DNA of 64,000 nucleotides from Eledone cirrhosa (Eukaryota): NCBI GenBank assembly GCA_964016885.1, contig OZ024740.1, positions 54,994,001 to 55,058,000 of the forward strand, read 5' to 3'. Shown piece by piece: positions 1 to 12,648 of this stretch (position 1 is its first letter; each line of letters starts with the position of its first letter). The notes under the pieces were generated by a model. It saw only the letters and a program-made list of their open reading frames with translations, ran no database searches and was not told where the DNA came from. The position numbers and the translations under genes were made by a program.

Positions 1-70
1 TGTATGTATGTATGTATGTATGTATGTATGTATGTATGTATGTATGTATGTATGTATGTATGTGGGTATG

Positions 71-144
<74 letters not shown>

Positions 145-227
145 TATGTATGTATGTATATGTATATATATATATGTGTGTGTGTGTATGTGTGTGTGTA
201 TGTATATATGTATGTATGTATATATAT

Positions 228-278
<51 letters not shown>

Positions 279-418
279 TATATGTATATGTATATATATA
301 TGTATATGTACATGTAAATGTGTGTGTGTGTGTGTGCGCGTGTGTGTGTGTGTGTATGTATGGTTATACATACATATATATGTGAGTGTGTGTTTCTCTG
401 TGTATGTGACTGTGTGCC

Positions 419-473
<55 letters not shown>
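1..473. repeat. Compound microsatellite (TGTA)n/(TA)n/(TG)n, representative of dozens of such tracts in the window
   Basis: Seen directly. Similar large tracts lie at 10760-10960, 15230-16630, 21510-21990, 43020-44140, 52630-52890 and 57500-59190. Confidence 0.98.
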
Positions 474-474
<1 letters not shown>

Positions 475-641
475 TATTCATGTATGTATACATCATCCTT
501 CCTTCGACCTGCTGAATTTGTCTTCTGGCTAATTTGACATATTTTTTTCCACGTTTTTTGTTTCTTTTTTTCACATTTTCTTGGTTTGTTTTGCACTTTC
601 CCGTTCGCTTCACTTTATTTTTTTTCTAATTATTTTCTTTT

Positions 642-679
<38 letters not shown>

Positions 680-907
680 TATATTATTTTATATTCTTTC
701 GTTTGTACTTTACCTTTTAGTTTGTTTTCACTTTTCTCCATCACTCTCTCCAACTGCTTCGTCGTTTGTACATATGTGTATCATGGTACCATATAAGTAT
801 TTGGATTATATATCTGCAGCCAAATAACACTCATACGGTATTAAGTAGATACATACATACACACACACATATATATATATACATATGTGCGTGTGACATC
901 TATATGC

Positions 908-945
<38 letters not shown>

Positions 946-1057
946 TAGGTGATGGATTGCCGTTTCTGTTTATATAAATTCATATACGTACTACTCTGCT
1001 TTGCGCTAGATTCTCCAATACAATAGGAAGAACACAAAAAATAAACCACCACGAACA

Positions 1058-1365
1058 TCAAGCATAGCAATAACAAGAAATATCAGTTGCCTTAGGTGAT
1101 ATTTGTGAGAAACCTTCAGGAGTGTATGAACACATGAGTCGAGCTGAAGACATCTTCTTGACGTAGCAATAAACAAGCGGGCCAAGTGAATACTTAAGGC
1201 TGAATGTTCCCAAATCACACATATTGGAAGCACCCCTCTCCTTGTAGTTTTCAGTGAATGGACAATTTAGGCTCGTCTCTGAATGCCACGCAGAAATCTA
1301 AATACGGTGTCGTTTTTCTTTTTTTATTTCTCAATGTGTGTGAATCATTTTCATTCATGGTATTG
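1058..1365 (-). CDS. Terminal exon of a candidate secreted Cys-rich prepropeptide; one +1 frameshift near 1264-1268 (pseudogene or assembly error)
   Basis: Acceptor ttttattctaatcag| precedes 1365. Reads NTMNENDSHTL-RNKKR-KTTPYLDFCVAFRDEPK, then, after removing one base, CPFTENYKERGASNMCDLGTFSLKYSLGPLVYCYVKKMSSARLMCSYTPEGFSQISPKATDISCYCYA* (stop 1058-1060). The downstream frame is open for 79 codons (1297-1061). Confidence 0.55.
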
Positions 1366-1575
1366 CTGATTAGAATAAAATAGTTATAGTTAATAATATA
1401 TATATATAAAGTTGAATCTGTAGTAACTTCTAAGACTAAATCAAATTAGCTGAAAAACGAAAGTCAGCAATATTTCAATATTTAAATAGTGAATATTAGA
1501 AGCAGAGTTTAAAAATCTAGCTTTTTGTCAGCATATATTTTTATACAGTAAATCAATTTTCAAAAATGCACTTAC

Positions 1576-1671
1576 CTTGTAGTATTTATTATTCCAGGTT
1601 CCGTTATTTTGGGAGTGCACTGTAACAAGACAAGTAGAAACATAAGCAAGAGTAACCAACCTCTACAATAA
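1576..1671 (-). CDS. Upstream exon encoding a signal peptide and the start of the propeptide
   Basis: Reads (YCR)GWLLLLMFLLVLLQCTPKITEPGIINTT+ag. Strong donor AG|GTAAGT after 1576. Phase 2 joins in frame to the 1365 exon (ag|c = Ser). Candidate acceptors lie before 1671 or 1662. Confidence 0.6.
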
Positions 1672-4339
1672 CTTCAACAATGAAAATGAAGACACTATAT
1701 AGTAATTCGGCTTCCTATAACAGCAAATTTCACTTTAAACCTTAACCTTCCGTCTAAAAACGGGAAAAGTACACATTGTAATATATAACGTGTCCCATTA
1801 TATTCAATCAAGCTACAGGAATATGGAAGGAGAAAGTAATGGCTGTGCTGCAAGAGGATGAAACACAGAAAAAATGTTATAAAGATACATGACTGAGATA
1901 GGTAAATAGATCGATTGGCGATAAACAGATTGGGAAAGGAGGGTAAACAGGAAGCAAGAAAAAAAACAGTAGATAACCAGACTGGGAATTACAGAGATAG
2001 CAAGAGAAAGAGAGTGAGAAAGAAAAAAAGAGAGTAAGTGAAGAACGCAAAAAATAGGAAAGAGAGAGCTCAACACTTTAGAGAGGGAATTAGAGAATGA
2101 TAAAATAAACAAGGCGAAAGGGGAATGTGGTTGTTCTGATAAAGTTAGAAGAGTTGAAAGGAAAATATTCTAGAGTATTGTGGATTAGATAAATTGATAT
2201 AAATGTTGGAACCGGACAGTGTTGGACACAAATATCTAGGAATCATTCAACAAACGAGAGTTCTAGGTGAGTAAACAGTGAATTATATAGAAAAAAAATG
2301 GGCGAGCGGGGTAAAAAGTGAAATTAAGAGATAATAGGTAGAGTCAGTGAGTAACAGAGATAAATGAATACATAGGTAATGAGGGAAGGATCACTTCTGA
2401 GAAATACGATAATTTATTGCAAATTACAGTTGTTCTTAATCACAGAGTAACTGCTTGACATCACTTCGTCGTGAGAAAACAAATCGTGTCACAGGAATAT
2501 GTCAAGGTTTCGTGTGAATTAGAAAGAATTGCTTCAGAAACAGAAATAAGACACAACGTTTAGATTATAAGAATATCGGAAACAGGAAAGTAAAATAAGA
2601 AATTAGAGCAAGAGTTGAAACAAAAATGAAAGAAGACACAAATAAATACCGTCGTTTTTGATGGGCACCTACGCAAGTTGGATAATAGCACTCCTAGACA
2701 CTTCTTAAATGATGGGTAATCATGGATGTAGTGCCTTTTATCATATGTTCTATCAGAGAACGACATCAACAAAAACGTGAGTCAATGAAAAAATCTATGC
2801 GGGGTCGAACGGCCAACCAGAATTGGCAATGAGATATTTAAATTATTCCCTGCTGTTTTAAGTAAGGAAAGGTGATATTAGTGTAAATATTTAAACAATA
2901 TTAGAAAAGGGTTTATTAAACTTTTAATGCATATAATGTGATGAAATGTTACTGATTATTCATTCTCCAAAACAAAAGAAAAACGCATATACATTGGTAA
3001 ATATACACACTAAGAAACATACGTACATAAATATATATACATACCTACATCCATACATAATACATATATACATGCATACATGCATGCATACATACATGCA
3101 TGCATGCAAGCATACATACATATATGGATGCATACATGCATACATACATACATGCATACATGCAAACATACATACAAACATACATACATACATTCATACA
3201 TACATGCATACATAGTTACATACATACATAATTACATACTAGCTATTTGGCTTAGACGTAAACAACCTGATTGATCGTCTGTATGCTTGTGTGACGATGT
3301 GTGTATGTATGTTTGTGTGCTTGCATGTATATGCGGCTGTATGTATTACATAACATATATAAAATTGTTATTTAGTTGATGTGATGCTTTCATCGTTGCA
3401 ATTGATATGATATTAATACTCTGTTGAATGTTTGATATTTTCATCGTTTCGATAAGTTTATTTCACCGTATTTATTTAATGTATTATCGACTGGCTGTAT
3501 AAGATAATATGTTAAATATTATTTCCTTATTTTTTTCTCTAGAACTCTCTTCCTATGAAGCTAGATGTAAAGACTGAATTAGAGGCGAGTATACACTTTT
3601 ACTAGTATATGATTTAAAAAATGTGATTGGTTTCGGTTTTCATTACTTATTTTGTTCTACTTGCTGGCTATAGTGAAAGTGGTTGAAGTGAACGCGATAG
3701 AAATGACTGAAGATAAACACTTCTCAGTTTGGCTAAACTCTCCTTGATGTTTCTTTCAATATTCGTGTAGAGAGAAGGATTAATTTGGGGAGAAATGGGG
3801 TGAGAAAAGACCAAGTAAATGAGTCTACTATTAGTATACGTCTGTAGAACCACTAATACGATGGGAGAGGGTATTTACCTTTGGTAATCAGGGTAATAGT
3901 AGATCTATGCGGTTCTTTCATTGATTGGGTCTAGGTGGCGGTTCTGTCTGCTATAACGTTATCTAATTTTATTTACTCCATACTTTCACATTTCATTCGA
4001 TTTCAATCTAAACCTGCATCACATTTTCATACATCTGTTTATTGATCTCTCCTATGTGACAAAAACAAAGAAATTGTTTGCTGTCGTTGTTGTTGCTTTT
4101 TTTGTTGTTAGATGCCGGCACATAATAACACTGTACTTCGGGCTCTGGGGTCTAGTATATTTACTTACAATTTTGCATACAGTGATGAGACAAAGGTTAA
4201 AAGCAAACTTTTGCCGAGTCCATTAAATTTCTTTTGTCAAATCTAATCCCAAGTTTGGGGATAAAGTTTTCTTTTTATTTCTTTAAATATTAAAATTTGT
4301 CATCACCTCCCTCCCCCCAAATAAAAATATATATATATC

Positions 4340-4604
4340 GAAATATGATCTCGACGAGTCGACAGCAAGAATTCCTGGAGTGGGTGCGGCTCTCATTCAT
4401 TTACATCCAGAAACGAGAGGAACACATGACGTCGGCAGCCATGTGCAAATGCGCTGGAGAAGCTCACAGGCAGCACACGTCGCCTTGATGCGAAATTACC
4501 CAAACCAGAGAGACGCACTAGATAATTTGAAGTCTGGAACTCTAGTAAACGCTGACTTAAATATATTGCCAAAGATGGTCGCCACGAGAAGGGTGTTACT
4601 CTGA
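4340..4604 (+). mobile_element. Decayed L1/Tx1-like LINE ORF2 fragment (start of RT domain)
   Basis: Translation DNLKSGTLVNADLNILPKMVATRR resembles the RT-entry motif N-x-RPI-x-LLN-x-D-x-KIL-x-K-x-LA-x-R. Confidence 0.65.
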
Positions 4605-4691
4605 TTTAATGAAGATGCATATATATGTGAGATACTTAGAAGATCTATCTGTGACAATCTCTACCTCACGAGTTACCACTTAGTAGTAGTA

Positions 4692-4779
<88 letters not shown>

Positions 4780-4821
4780 CGGCAGCAGCAGCAGCAGCAG
4801 CAGCTAGATTTGGCTATAGGA

Positions 4822-5470
4822 TCACTTACTCATGATATTACTGCGGCTTCCGGTTGTTTCCATGAGCAGCTCGTCTCTTTCAATGAATTGCAGTCCTGGG
4901 TCAAGTAGAAACCGGGACTGCGCACCTGGCATATGGAATGTTACCAGGCGCTCACTGCTCTCTACCAAGCGAGCAATGCAGTCAGTGTAAATTCCTGTAG
5001 CGAAAGAGGTTGCGTGGTGGACGAAGCTGAAAGGATGGAAGTCAGACACTACTCTCTTCGGCAAATCCATCATATTCTTCAAGTTTCACTTGGAAAGGAA
5101 GGTGAGGGTGTAGATAGAAGTGCTGCCCCCTGTGCATTTACTAAAAAAGCGAGTGGATGGTGTGAGGATCGCCCGTGTGAATGGGTCTACTCTTAACATG
5201 CACTTGTAAGCGGGTTGATTTGGAGTGGAGAGGGGAGCCCTCCTCGGGTAATCTTGGCGCGTGGGGTGATTCAGGATTGGTGGTATTCCCCTATTTGGTA
5301 ATTTGTATTGTTACATTTGTATAGTTCGTTGTTATTGTTTTTTTTTATATTCCTTAACCGATTTTTCTGTAAAACCCCACTGTCCCTGTCTTTGTATTGT
5401 CCTTTATATGTCAACCCTTGTGGCCAATAAAGAAATTATTTTTTATTTTTTTATTTAATATTATTATTAT
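4822..5470 (+). mobile_element. Decayed, internally deleted 3' part of the L1/Tx1-like LINE family
   Basis: WHMECYQALTALYQA and RIARVNGSTLNMHL* match WHIECAQALTALWQA and RMARVNGPSLYISL* of the 17065-18127 copy. 3' end is ccttgtggccaataaagaa followed by an ATT-rich tail. Confidence 0.8.
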
Positions 5471-5954
5471 TCATAATGTTAAGCTAGGCTGGTTCAGAAT
5501 AAACGCAAATAGGGACAGAGCGAGACACGGTGCCTTGAGGGAAGAAACCTAAATTCGAACCTTGTATTCCCTCACTGGAAATAAAATAATAATAGTTTCG
5601 GTCCCGGATCTTACCCCATCACGATTATGTGACTTGTCAGAGCGGCTCACGTTCAAAGCTCTCACGCACATTCTTCGTACCTGAAGGGCAATAATATATC
5701 TCCCATAATTCATCTACACACACACAAACTCATACGCTCACGCACACACAGAAATAAATACACATATATAAAATCACAGACACACAGTCTCACATACACA
5801 CACATATTACTCAATAGCCGATAATTATGATTACCGTTGTTGCCCTTGTTGTCATCAACATCTTTGTTGTTATTTTTATGTTGTTGTTGTTTTTTGTGTT
5901 GTTGTTTTCCCTATTATCACGGCTGACATTATTAGCATAATCATTCTTGTTCTT

Positions 5955-6070
5955 GTTATTTTTGTTCTTGTACTTTTGTTGTTCTTGTTATTCTTGTTTT
6001 TGTTGTTGTTGTTGTTGTTGTTCTTGTTCTTGTTCTTGTTCTTGTTCTTGTTCTTGTTCTTGTTCTTCTT

Positions 6071-6101
<31 letters not shown>

Positions 6102-6250
6102 GTAGTAGTAGTAGTCGAAGCAGCAGTAATAGTATCATCATCATCATCACCATCATTATCATCAATAGCATCATCATCATCATCGTCGTCATCATCATCA
6201 TCATCATCATCATCATTGACATCATCACCGTCATCATACTTTTCTTTATC
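5955..6250. repeat. Compound trinucleotide/hexanucleotide microsatellite (GTT/GTTCTT/TTC/TAG/ATC)
   Basis: Seen directly. Confidence 0.95.
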
Positions 6251-6365
6251 ATAATTGGTAACTAATGTTATTAGAAAATAAAGAAAAAAGAAAAATATTT
6301 TACTCCATACAAGCGCTCACACTTACACATAGTAGTAGTAGTAGTTCATACATTCACACACACAC

Positions 6366-6426
<61 letters not shown>

Positions 6427-7199
6427 CATATATCTAAATATAAACACAGAAATATATACATACTTACACACACATGAATATATTAATGCACCCACACTAA
6501 CATATTTTGATTTTTCTCAAAATCTTATTGAAATTTACATTTTCTAAATTTCATATTTTTTTATTCGTTGGGCCCTATTTTGGATAAATATTTTCCGTTG
6601 CAATTTTGTTAACGGTGTTGTTGTTATTGATCCAAGATGTGGCTGTTGGTGTTGTCTTTGTAAGGTCTCTCCTTTTTATTGGTATTCTTCAATTAGGAAG
6701 AAACTGAACAAATGCGTGCTTGAGTGTGTGTGAGTGTGTGTGCATGTGTTTGTGTAGATGTATGTGTACGATTTTAGTTAATATCTTCACAAATATGTCT
6801 ATAAATACTAATATATAACATATATATATCTGTAAGGTATGTAGACATTCATTATGTTTGCATGTTCGTATGTGTGTGTGTGTGTGTATGTGTGTGTGAG
6901 AGAGAGAGTGAGCGAGAGAGGGTGTGTGTGTGTGCATTCATACGTATGTCCGTGTCTGCATTTGTCAGTGAACTTTTCTTTATCCTTATAAATACACATG
7001 TATGTATGTGACTTGAAATCGAATAAAACGCCTGACTAAATATATGAAATTTGAAAACGAGCTGCATCGGTAGAAATACAGCAGAACTTCATGGAAATCA
7101 AAAATAAAATCCACCATCGTCACCCTAGTAGATATGTTCAATTTTACCACCGAATTCTCTCGAAATTTTGTCTACCGGTGAAGGTAGATATAAAATGTC

Positions 7200-7355
7200 T
7201 ATGCATAAGCATGCCTGAGTTGTTTGCAACCATTTGATTCCGAATTCAATCCCACATTAAAGTTATTGGGACAAATGACATCTTGTATATCTGTGGATTG
7301 ATCTACATGTTGTGGGTGAAATTTGGTAGATGAAACAACTATGGAGAGGTCTGTA
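7200..7355 (+). mobile_element. Decayed SINE, second family (other decayed copies near 28130-28190 (-), 31945-32045, 33335-33415, 37395-37485)
   Basis: Shared blocks g(g/a)(g/a)ttc(a)-tccca ... ggca(a) ... gtg(g/a)aatttrgtagatg-aaac; degenerate B-box-like GTTCRA. Confidence 0.5.
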
Positions 7356-7464
7356 GTTTTGGGTTGTACATAGGGATGGCAACATGAATGGACCTGTTAT
7401 TTTTCTCTAAAAACACTTTTTCCAGTTCCATCCAGCCCTTCAATCAATCTAATTTCTCATTCTT

Positions 7465-7500
7465 TCTTTTGATAAAGGACTAGCGTCTGAAACGTTAAGA
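7465..7500 (+). ncRNA. Minimal HHR-like motif with TTGATAA core in a PLE-like fragment (related copies ~20330-20485 (+), ~27890-28050 (-))
   Basis: tctt-TTGATAA-a-ggac(tagc)gtct-GAAA-cg-T-T-aaga. Stem I tctt/aaga; one extra A before stem II. Confidence 0.5.
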
Positions 7501-7581
7501 CCCTCTTCCTGGTATTTCAAGCGTTAACCTAATATACGCCTTCCATACACTGTACCGATTGTGTTGTTATTTTTGTACACC

Positions 7582-7716
<135 letters not shown>

Positions 7717-7882
7717 GTATATATAAACTCCACGCACATTTTAAGTAACGTGAAAGTGAATTTATAAACCCTTTTACAGATAGGTTTGTCAAGAATATTT
7801 TGTGTGTAATGGTGTAGTACACTCTTTAGATACTGATTGATAGTTTCTAGCTACCAACAAGGACCACTTGAAAGTAGTTGGC

Positions 7883-8002
7883 AGCTTTGCTTTTCATCCT
7901 TACGGGGTTGATAAAATAAAGCACTACTAATGCACTGGAGTCGATTTAATCGAATTTCACCTCCCCCAAAATGTCTGGCCTTGTGCCTATGGTAGAAATC
8001 AT
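7883..8002 (+). mobile_element. tRNA-SINE family A, 5'-truncated copy
   Basis: ctttgcttttcatccttacggggttgataaaataaagcac ... ggccttgtgcctatggtagaaatcatt matches the 40284 copy. Confidence 0.85.
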
Positions 8003-8399
8003 TAATAGCTTGATTCCTTGTTTCATTATATCTATCATCAATACGATTCTTTTCGTTCTGTGTATAGCCAATTATTTATACTGAGCTGAGATATCAGGGA
8101 CAAACAGATCAGTGTAGAACGTAAAAGGAGGTAACTGTTGGGAGACATTTGATCAGAACGACTTGCTCTATATGGTCTACCAAAGAACTTGAAAAAATAA
8201 TCAGTATTGGATATTGTAGAAAATACACCAAGTAATACAATTATTAACAGGGAACTTTGTTAGAAACTAACTACAGAAGCAATTTGTAATGTTATTTTTA
8301 TTAAGTATGACAACGTCGATGATGAAAAACAGCAGAAACAATATATATAAAACCCCAAAGAACAACAACAACTACTATTACTACTACTACAACTATTAG

Positions 8400-8456
<57 letters not shown>

Positions 8457-9294
8457 CACTGTTGCTACTGCTGCTGCTACTACAATCTGAAAATGGATTC
8501 AGTCGACTTTCACAGAAATGACGGTAGTTACTACTAATTCCGAAACATTTTCACTGTTGTAGTTCCTGTAGGCTATAGAAGAGAAATCAGTATATTTTGC
8601 TTTTACTTTCGTTTAGATAGTTTTACATCGCTGGAAGTGAAATGAGGAGGAAGAGTGAGAGCGGGTGCATTTACTTACGTTGCTATTTAAAAAGGCGGAT
8701 AACAAACGAAGGAAAATACAAACGTAGGAACAAATGAAATATATTGTAATGAGAATATTAATACATAATAAATACAGCGAAAACAAACATTCCGGACATA
8801 TACAAGATACATAAAGACGTAAGTCATATCAAGGAAATATCATTAAACATGAACGAATTTTAAGTAGGGTAAAAGTGAATCTGGTAATTTAATAGAAGCA
8901 AGTAGCTGAGTTTAGTTAATGCATGTATAAAGATACACTAGAGCGTTTGACAAACATAACTTGTATTGTTGTTCTGAGTTACTTTGGTGGCAGAACTAAT
9001 CAGTTGCCTAGTTTTCCATCGTCAACAAGTTGTTGTCCAAGGCTGTTTAATCCATTAAGCTGACTAAACTGAATCCTAGGTATGAGTGGGACAGTCATTC
9101 TGGAGGTAGAAGCCATGCAGTGCCCAAATGCAAGATCATGTAGAAATATGACCCAGCTCATCGGTATCTTTGCATCTTGTTGCAGGCATCCAGAGTATGT
9201 CTCAGGTTTCAAGACAAAAAAATAAGGCCCATCAAACAATTTTACCCTGAAATGTGCCATTTGAACTGACCTTTCATTTTCGTGTAAAACGAGA

Positions 9295-9412
<118 letters not shown>

Positions 9413-9586
9413 ACACACACACACACACATATATATATTATATCAACATAAGATATAGGTATCAATACCGCTAGGTGTAGTAGAGGTCGTTCCTTATTGC
9501 CACTTTTAGTAATAATTTGTCAAAGCAGCAACAACAACAACAACAAGAACTACTAGTAGTAGTAACTAATTATATATATATATATA

Positions 9587-9764
9587 GGAACAAGTAAGAC
9601 CCCGACGGCTGAGCTCAAGCCGTTTCGACGGCTAATTCTGCCGTCGAAACGGCTTGAGCTCAGCCGTCGGGGTCTTACTTGTTCCTATTACCCACTCTAT
9701 TACCCTAAGTATTGAGTACTTTGGTGCGTTATGGTCCACCTGGTTCCTTACCACATTTCCTTCG

Positions 9765-9766
<2 letters not shown>
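9587..9766 (+). mobile_element. Fold-back mini-element family F1 in (TA)n: perfect 46-bp inverted arms plus ~80-nt 3' tail
   Basis: 9587-9632 is the reverse complement of 9640-9685 with a 7-nt loop. Other copies at 14717-15228, 16636-16828 and 48155-48305. Confidence 0.9.
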
Positions 9767-9818
<52 letters not shown>

Positions 9819-9865
9819 GGGGGAAACAAACCGTGCATCAACAGCAGCAGCAGTAGTACTAGCAG

Positions 9866-9897
<32 letters not shown>

Positions 9898-10785
9898 GTA
9901 GTAGTAGTAGTAGTACTGCCGCTGCTGCTGCTGTCGGTGCACTGTTTTTCCCCCATGTATATATATATAATTAGTTACAACAGTGATATATACAGGTACT
10001 TAAGTTTCGTTGGGTTATACAGCCAAATTCATTCAGCCTGTTATAAATAAAATGGCTACCCCCACAGTTTGATTTGATTTTTTCCTGAAAATAGACGAGA
10101 GTTCTTCAACGGCAGGTAATTTCGAATTTAGCTATAAATAGCAAATGTATAAGATCATGTAAAGGGAGGTAACTATAAAAAACACGGCAAAGGGTTTGAG
10201 GAAGTCTAGAAAGTTGGTAATTCAAAGAAATTAAATTCCTTCAAATTGAAAGGTTTTTTTGGTCTATACTATTTTATCAGATTAATTTCGCTTCTCATGG
10301 ACAAGAAAGCAGTCAAGGAGGGTATTTAAACAAGTCGAGGAAAACAAACACACACACACACACACATACGTACACGTGTGTATATGTGTGTATGTCTGTG
10401 TGTGTCTGTGTGTCTGTGTGTCTGTGTGTGTGTGCGCGCGCGTGTGTGTGTGTGCGCGTGTGTGTGAGCGTGTGTACCTGGGCATGCTGCAAGTTTATTT
10501 TGTTTATTATTTCTTTGCTTTGAGAAAATGCATTATGGAATTATATTTATAATAACGTTTATTCCCATTTTCTTTTATTATGTTCTTTATCACTCTTTAA
10601 TGATATTTTAAAGCTGGTTAACTCGTAATTTTTCTCTTTCTCTCTAGTACGAAATAGGAATTCAAGATAATAAAAATGCTTGTTTCTATCATCATATATG
10701 TTATATGTTACTCAATGTTTCGAATGGTTTGTTTTGCGCAAAATTACATGAATGTGATTATATGTATATATATATTATATTTATA

Positions 10786-10934
<149 letters not shown>

Positions 10935-10956
10935 GTATAAATATATATATATATAT

Positions 10957-11099
10957 AAAGAAAAAGAGATGAAATCGAAAATGCAACTGGAGTCTTATTT
11001 TTTAAATATATATATATTTATTTGGTTCCTTTACCGGTTACGCAGTTCTTCTGCTTTTCAAAAGTAAGTTGAGATGGAGGGTCTGTGGTTTTTCTCACA

Positions 11100-11100
<1 letters not shown>
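10957..11100 (-). mobile_element. HHR mini-element family F2 between (TA)n tracts (second copy 47518-47712 +)
   Basis: Near-identical reverse complement of 47518-47660. Confidence 0.9.
11029..11064 (-). ncRNA. Minimal HHR, U3:A8 variant (GAAA decayed to GTAA)
   Basis: Reverse complement reads ctt-TTGAAAA-gcag(aagaa)ctgc-GTAA-ccgg-T-A-aag. Confidence 0.65.
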
Positions 11101-11167
<67 letters not shown>

Positions 11168-11508
11168 GAATGTGTGTGCTTGTGTGTGTGTGTGTGAAAG
11201 AGAGAGAGAGTTAGATAGATAGAGATAGAGATATAAACATATATATTTATAAATATATATATACATATATACATATATATATATGTATATGAGGGGTGTG
11301 TGCTTCGATGCGTTGTGCATTTGTGTATATGTGGATTGGTGGGTGGACTTCTAAGTTTCGAAACAAAAAATTAGTTAATACTTTGAATCAATGCAATTAG
11401 AATTAGAAGCTTCTTGAACTCTAACTGAGCATCATGTTTCTTTTGTTCAACAATTGGAAATATATAAACGTCACATACTCAGACACACACACACACACAC
11501 ACACACAC

Positions 11509-11548
<40 letters not shown>

Positions 11549-11820
11549 CGGCGATGAATTAGTTTTGTATCTGTATTATTTTTAACCGCCGGTCAGTCAA
11601 TGGCAACATTGAGGACCGAGTAAGTTAGATCGCAGATATATATATATAAAAGACAGCGAGAAGCGAAAACCAACCAAACAGTGAGTGTGTTCTGTTATTA
11701 ATTCTGGCAATATTACGCAAATATGACCCTCCCCAAATATAACAATATATATATATACATATATATACAGTCAAGTTTGCAATTTTCAAAATTGTAAACT
11801 TGACATAAAACCACATAATA

Positions 11821-11859
11821 TGAACCTGAAGATTGCGAAAGCATGAAGGTACTTGTTCA
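11821..11859 (+). ncRNA. Minimal type I hammerhead ribozyme
   Basis: tgaac-CTGAAGA-t-tgc(gaaa)gca-t-GAAG-gtac-T-T-gttca. Perfect 5-bp stem I, palindromic GTAC loop 3, A15.1 changed to G. Confidence 0.75.
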
Positions 11860-12006
11860 ATTAACACTTAACATTTAATATTCTACCATACTATTTCATT
11901 CTAATACCATTATAAATGTTAAAGGATTGTACATAAAACGAGTAAATCAGACAAAGTTGGAATTCCTTTTATTAATATAATCTTCTATACACAATCATAC
12001 ACGCCC

Positions 12007-12070
<64 letters not shown>

Positions 12071-12076
<6 letters not shown>

Positions 12077-12569
12077 CGTAAAATAAGAAAATTAACTTAC
12101 TTACTAAAATTTTCACTTCAACTAATTAGTTTCTGCAATGGGATAAAGACAGTTAGCCTCAGTGTCACGTGATTGTTTCTTTAGAATCAGCCATTTGACC
12201 AGTGACAGCGAGCTTTTCAGTGCATGGAATCCAGTCCCCGCTAGCTGTTCCATTTACCGAATTATTATTATTTTTATATGAGTCCCCAGTGTCCGCGCAT
12301 TGCCTGGAGATTTAGCTGAGAATAGACTCCCTGGTGATGCAATGAATTCTCGACAGTTTATTACGTAACTGTCTTTATCCTATTGCAGAAACTAATTAGT
12401 TGGAGTGAAAATTTTAGTAAGTAAGTTAATTTTTTTAAATTCTCTTATTTTACGTCTTTTATATTATTGTTCTGCATCCTCCTGCATTGAACCACCTAGG
12501 TACTATGACATAACCTGTGTATTTGCTAGCATTAGCGTACATCTGTACGCATATGTTAGTAGATATACT

Positions 12570-12575
<6 letters not shown>
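12071..12575 (+). mobile_element. Fold-back HHR element family F3 (arms 12071-12155 / 12366-12460, ~110-nt tail)
   Basis: Inverted arms, flanked by (TA)n and (CT)n(TA)n. A homologous 3' end lies at 59820-59960. Confidence 0.9.
12326..12406 (+). ncRNA. Type I hammerhead ribozyme (A6 changed to G in this copy)
   Basis: actcc-CTGGTGA-tgcaat...attgca-GAAA-ctaattag-T-T-ggagt. 5-bp stem I, 6-bp stem II base, palindromic stem/loop III. Confidence 0.75.

Positions 12576-12648
<73 letters not shown>

Noticed and set aside
5590-5646. HHR-like halves on the minus strand (CTGACAA-gtc...gac-c-GAAA); similar weak cases near 22300-22350, 43460-43515 and 52960-53060
   Set aside because: Stem I or the core could not be completed, so they are too degenerate to call.
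9000-9247. 82-codon non-repetitive minus-strand frame after a possible acceptor (tttcag)
   Set aside because: No recognisable domain or partner exon, and the length is within chance for a 64-kb window.
9587-9766. Fold-back elements as MITEs (DNA transposons with TA target)
   Set aside because: Arms are asymmetric with a one-sided tail, inner junctions vary between copies, tail-only copies exist, related elements carry HHRs, and one family also occurs as a direct tandem. A MITE origin is not formally excluded for F1 and F10.
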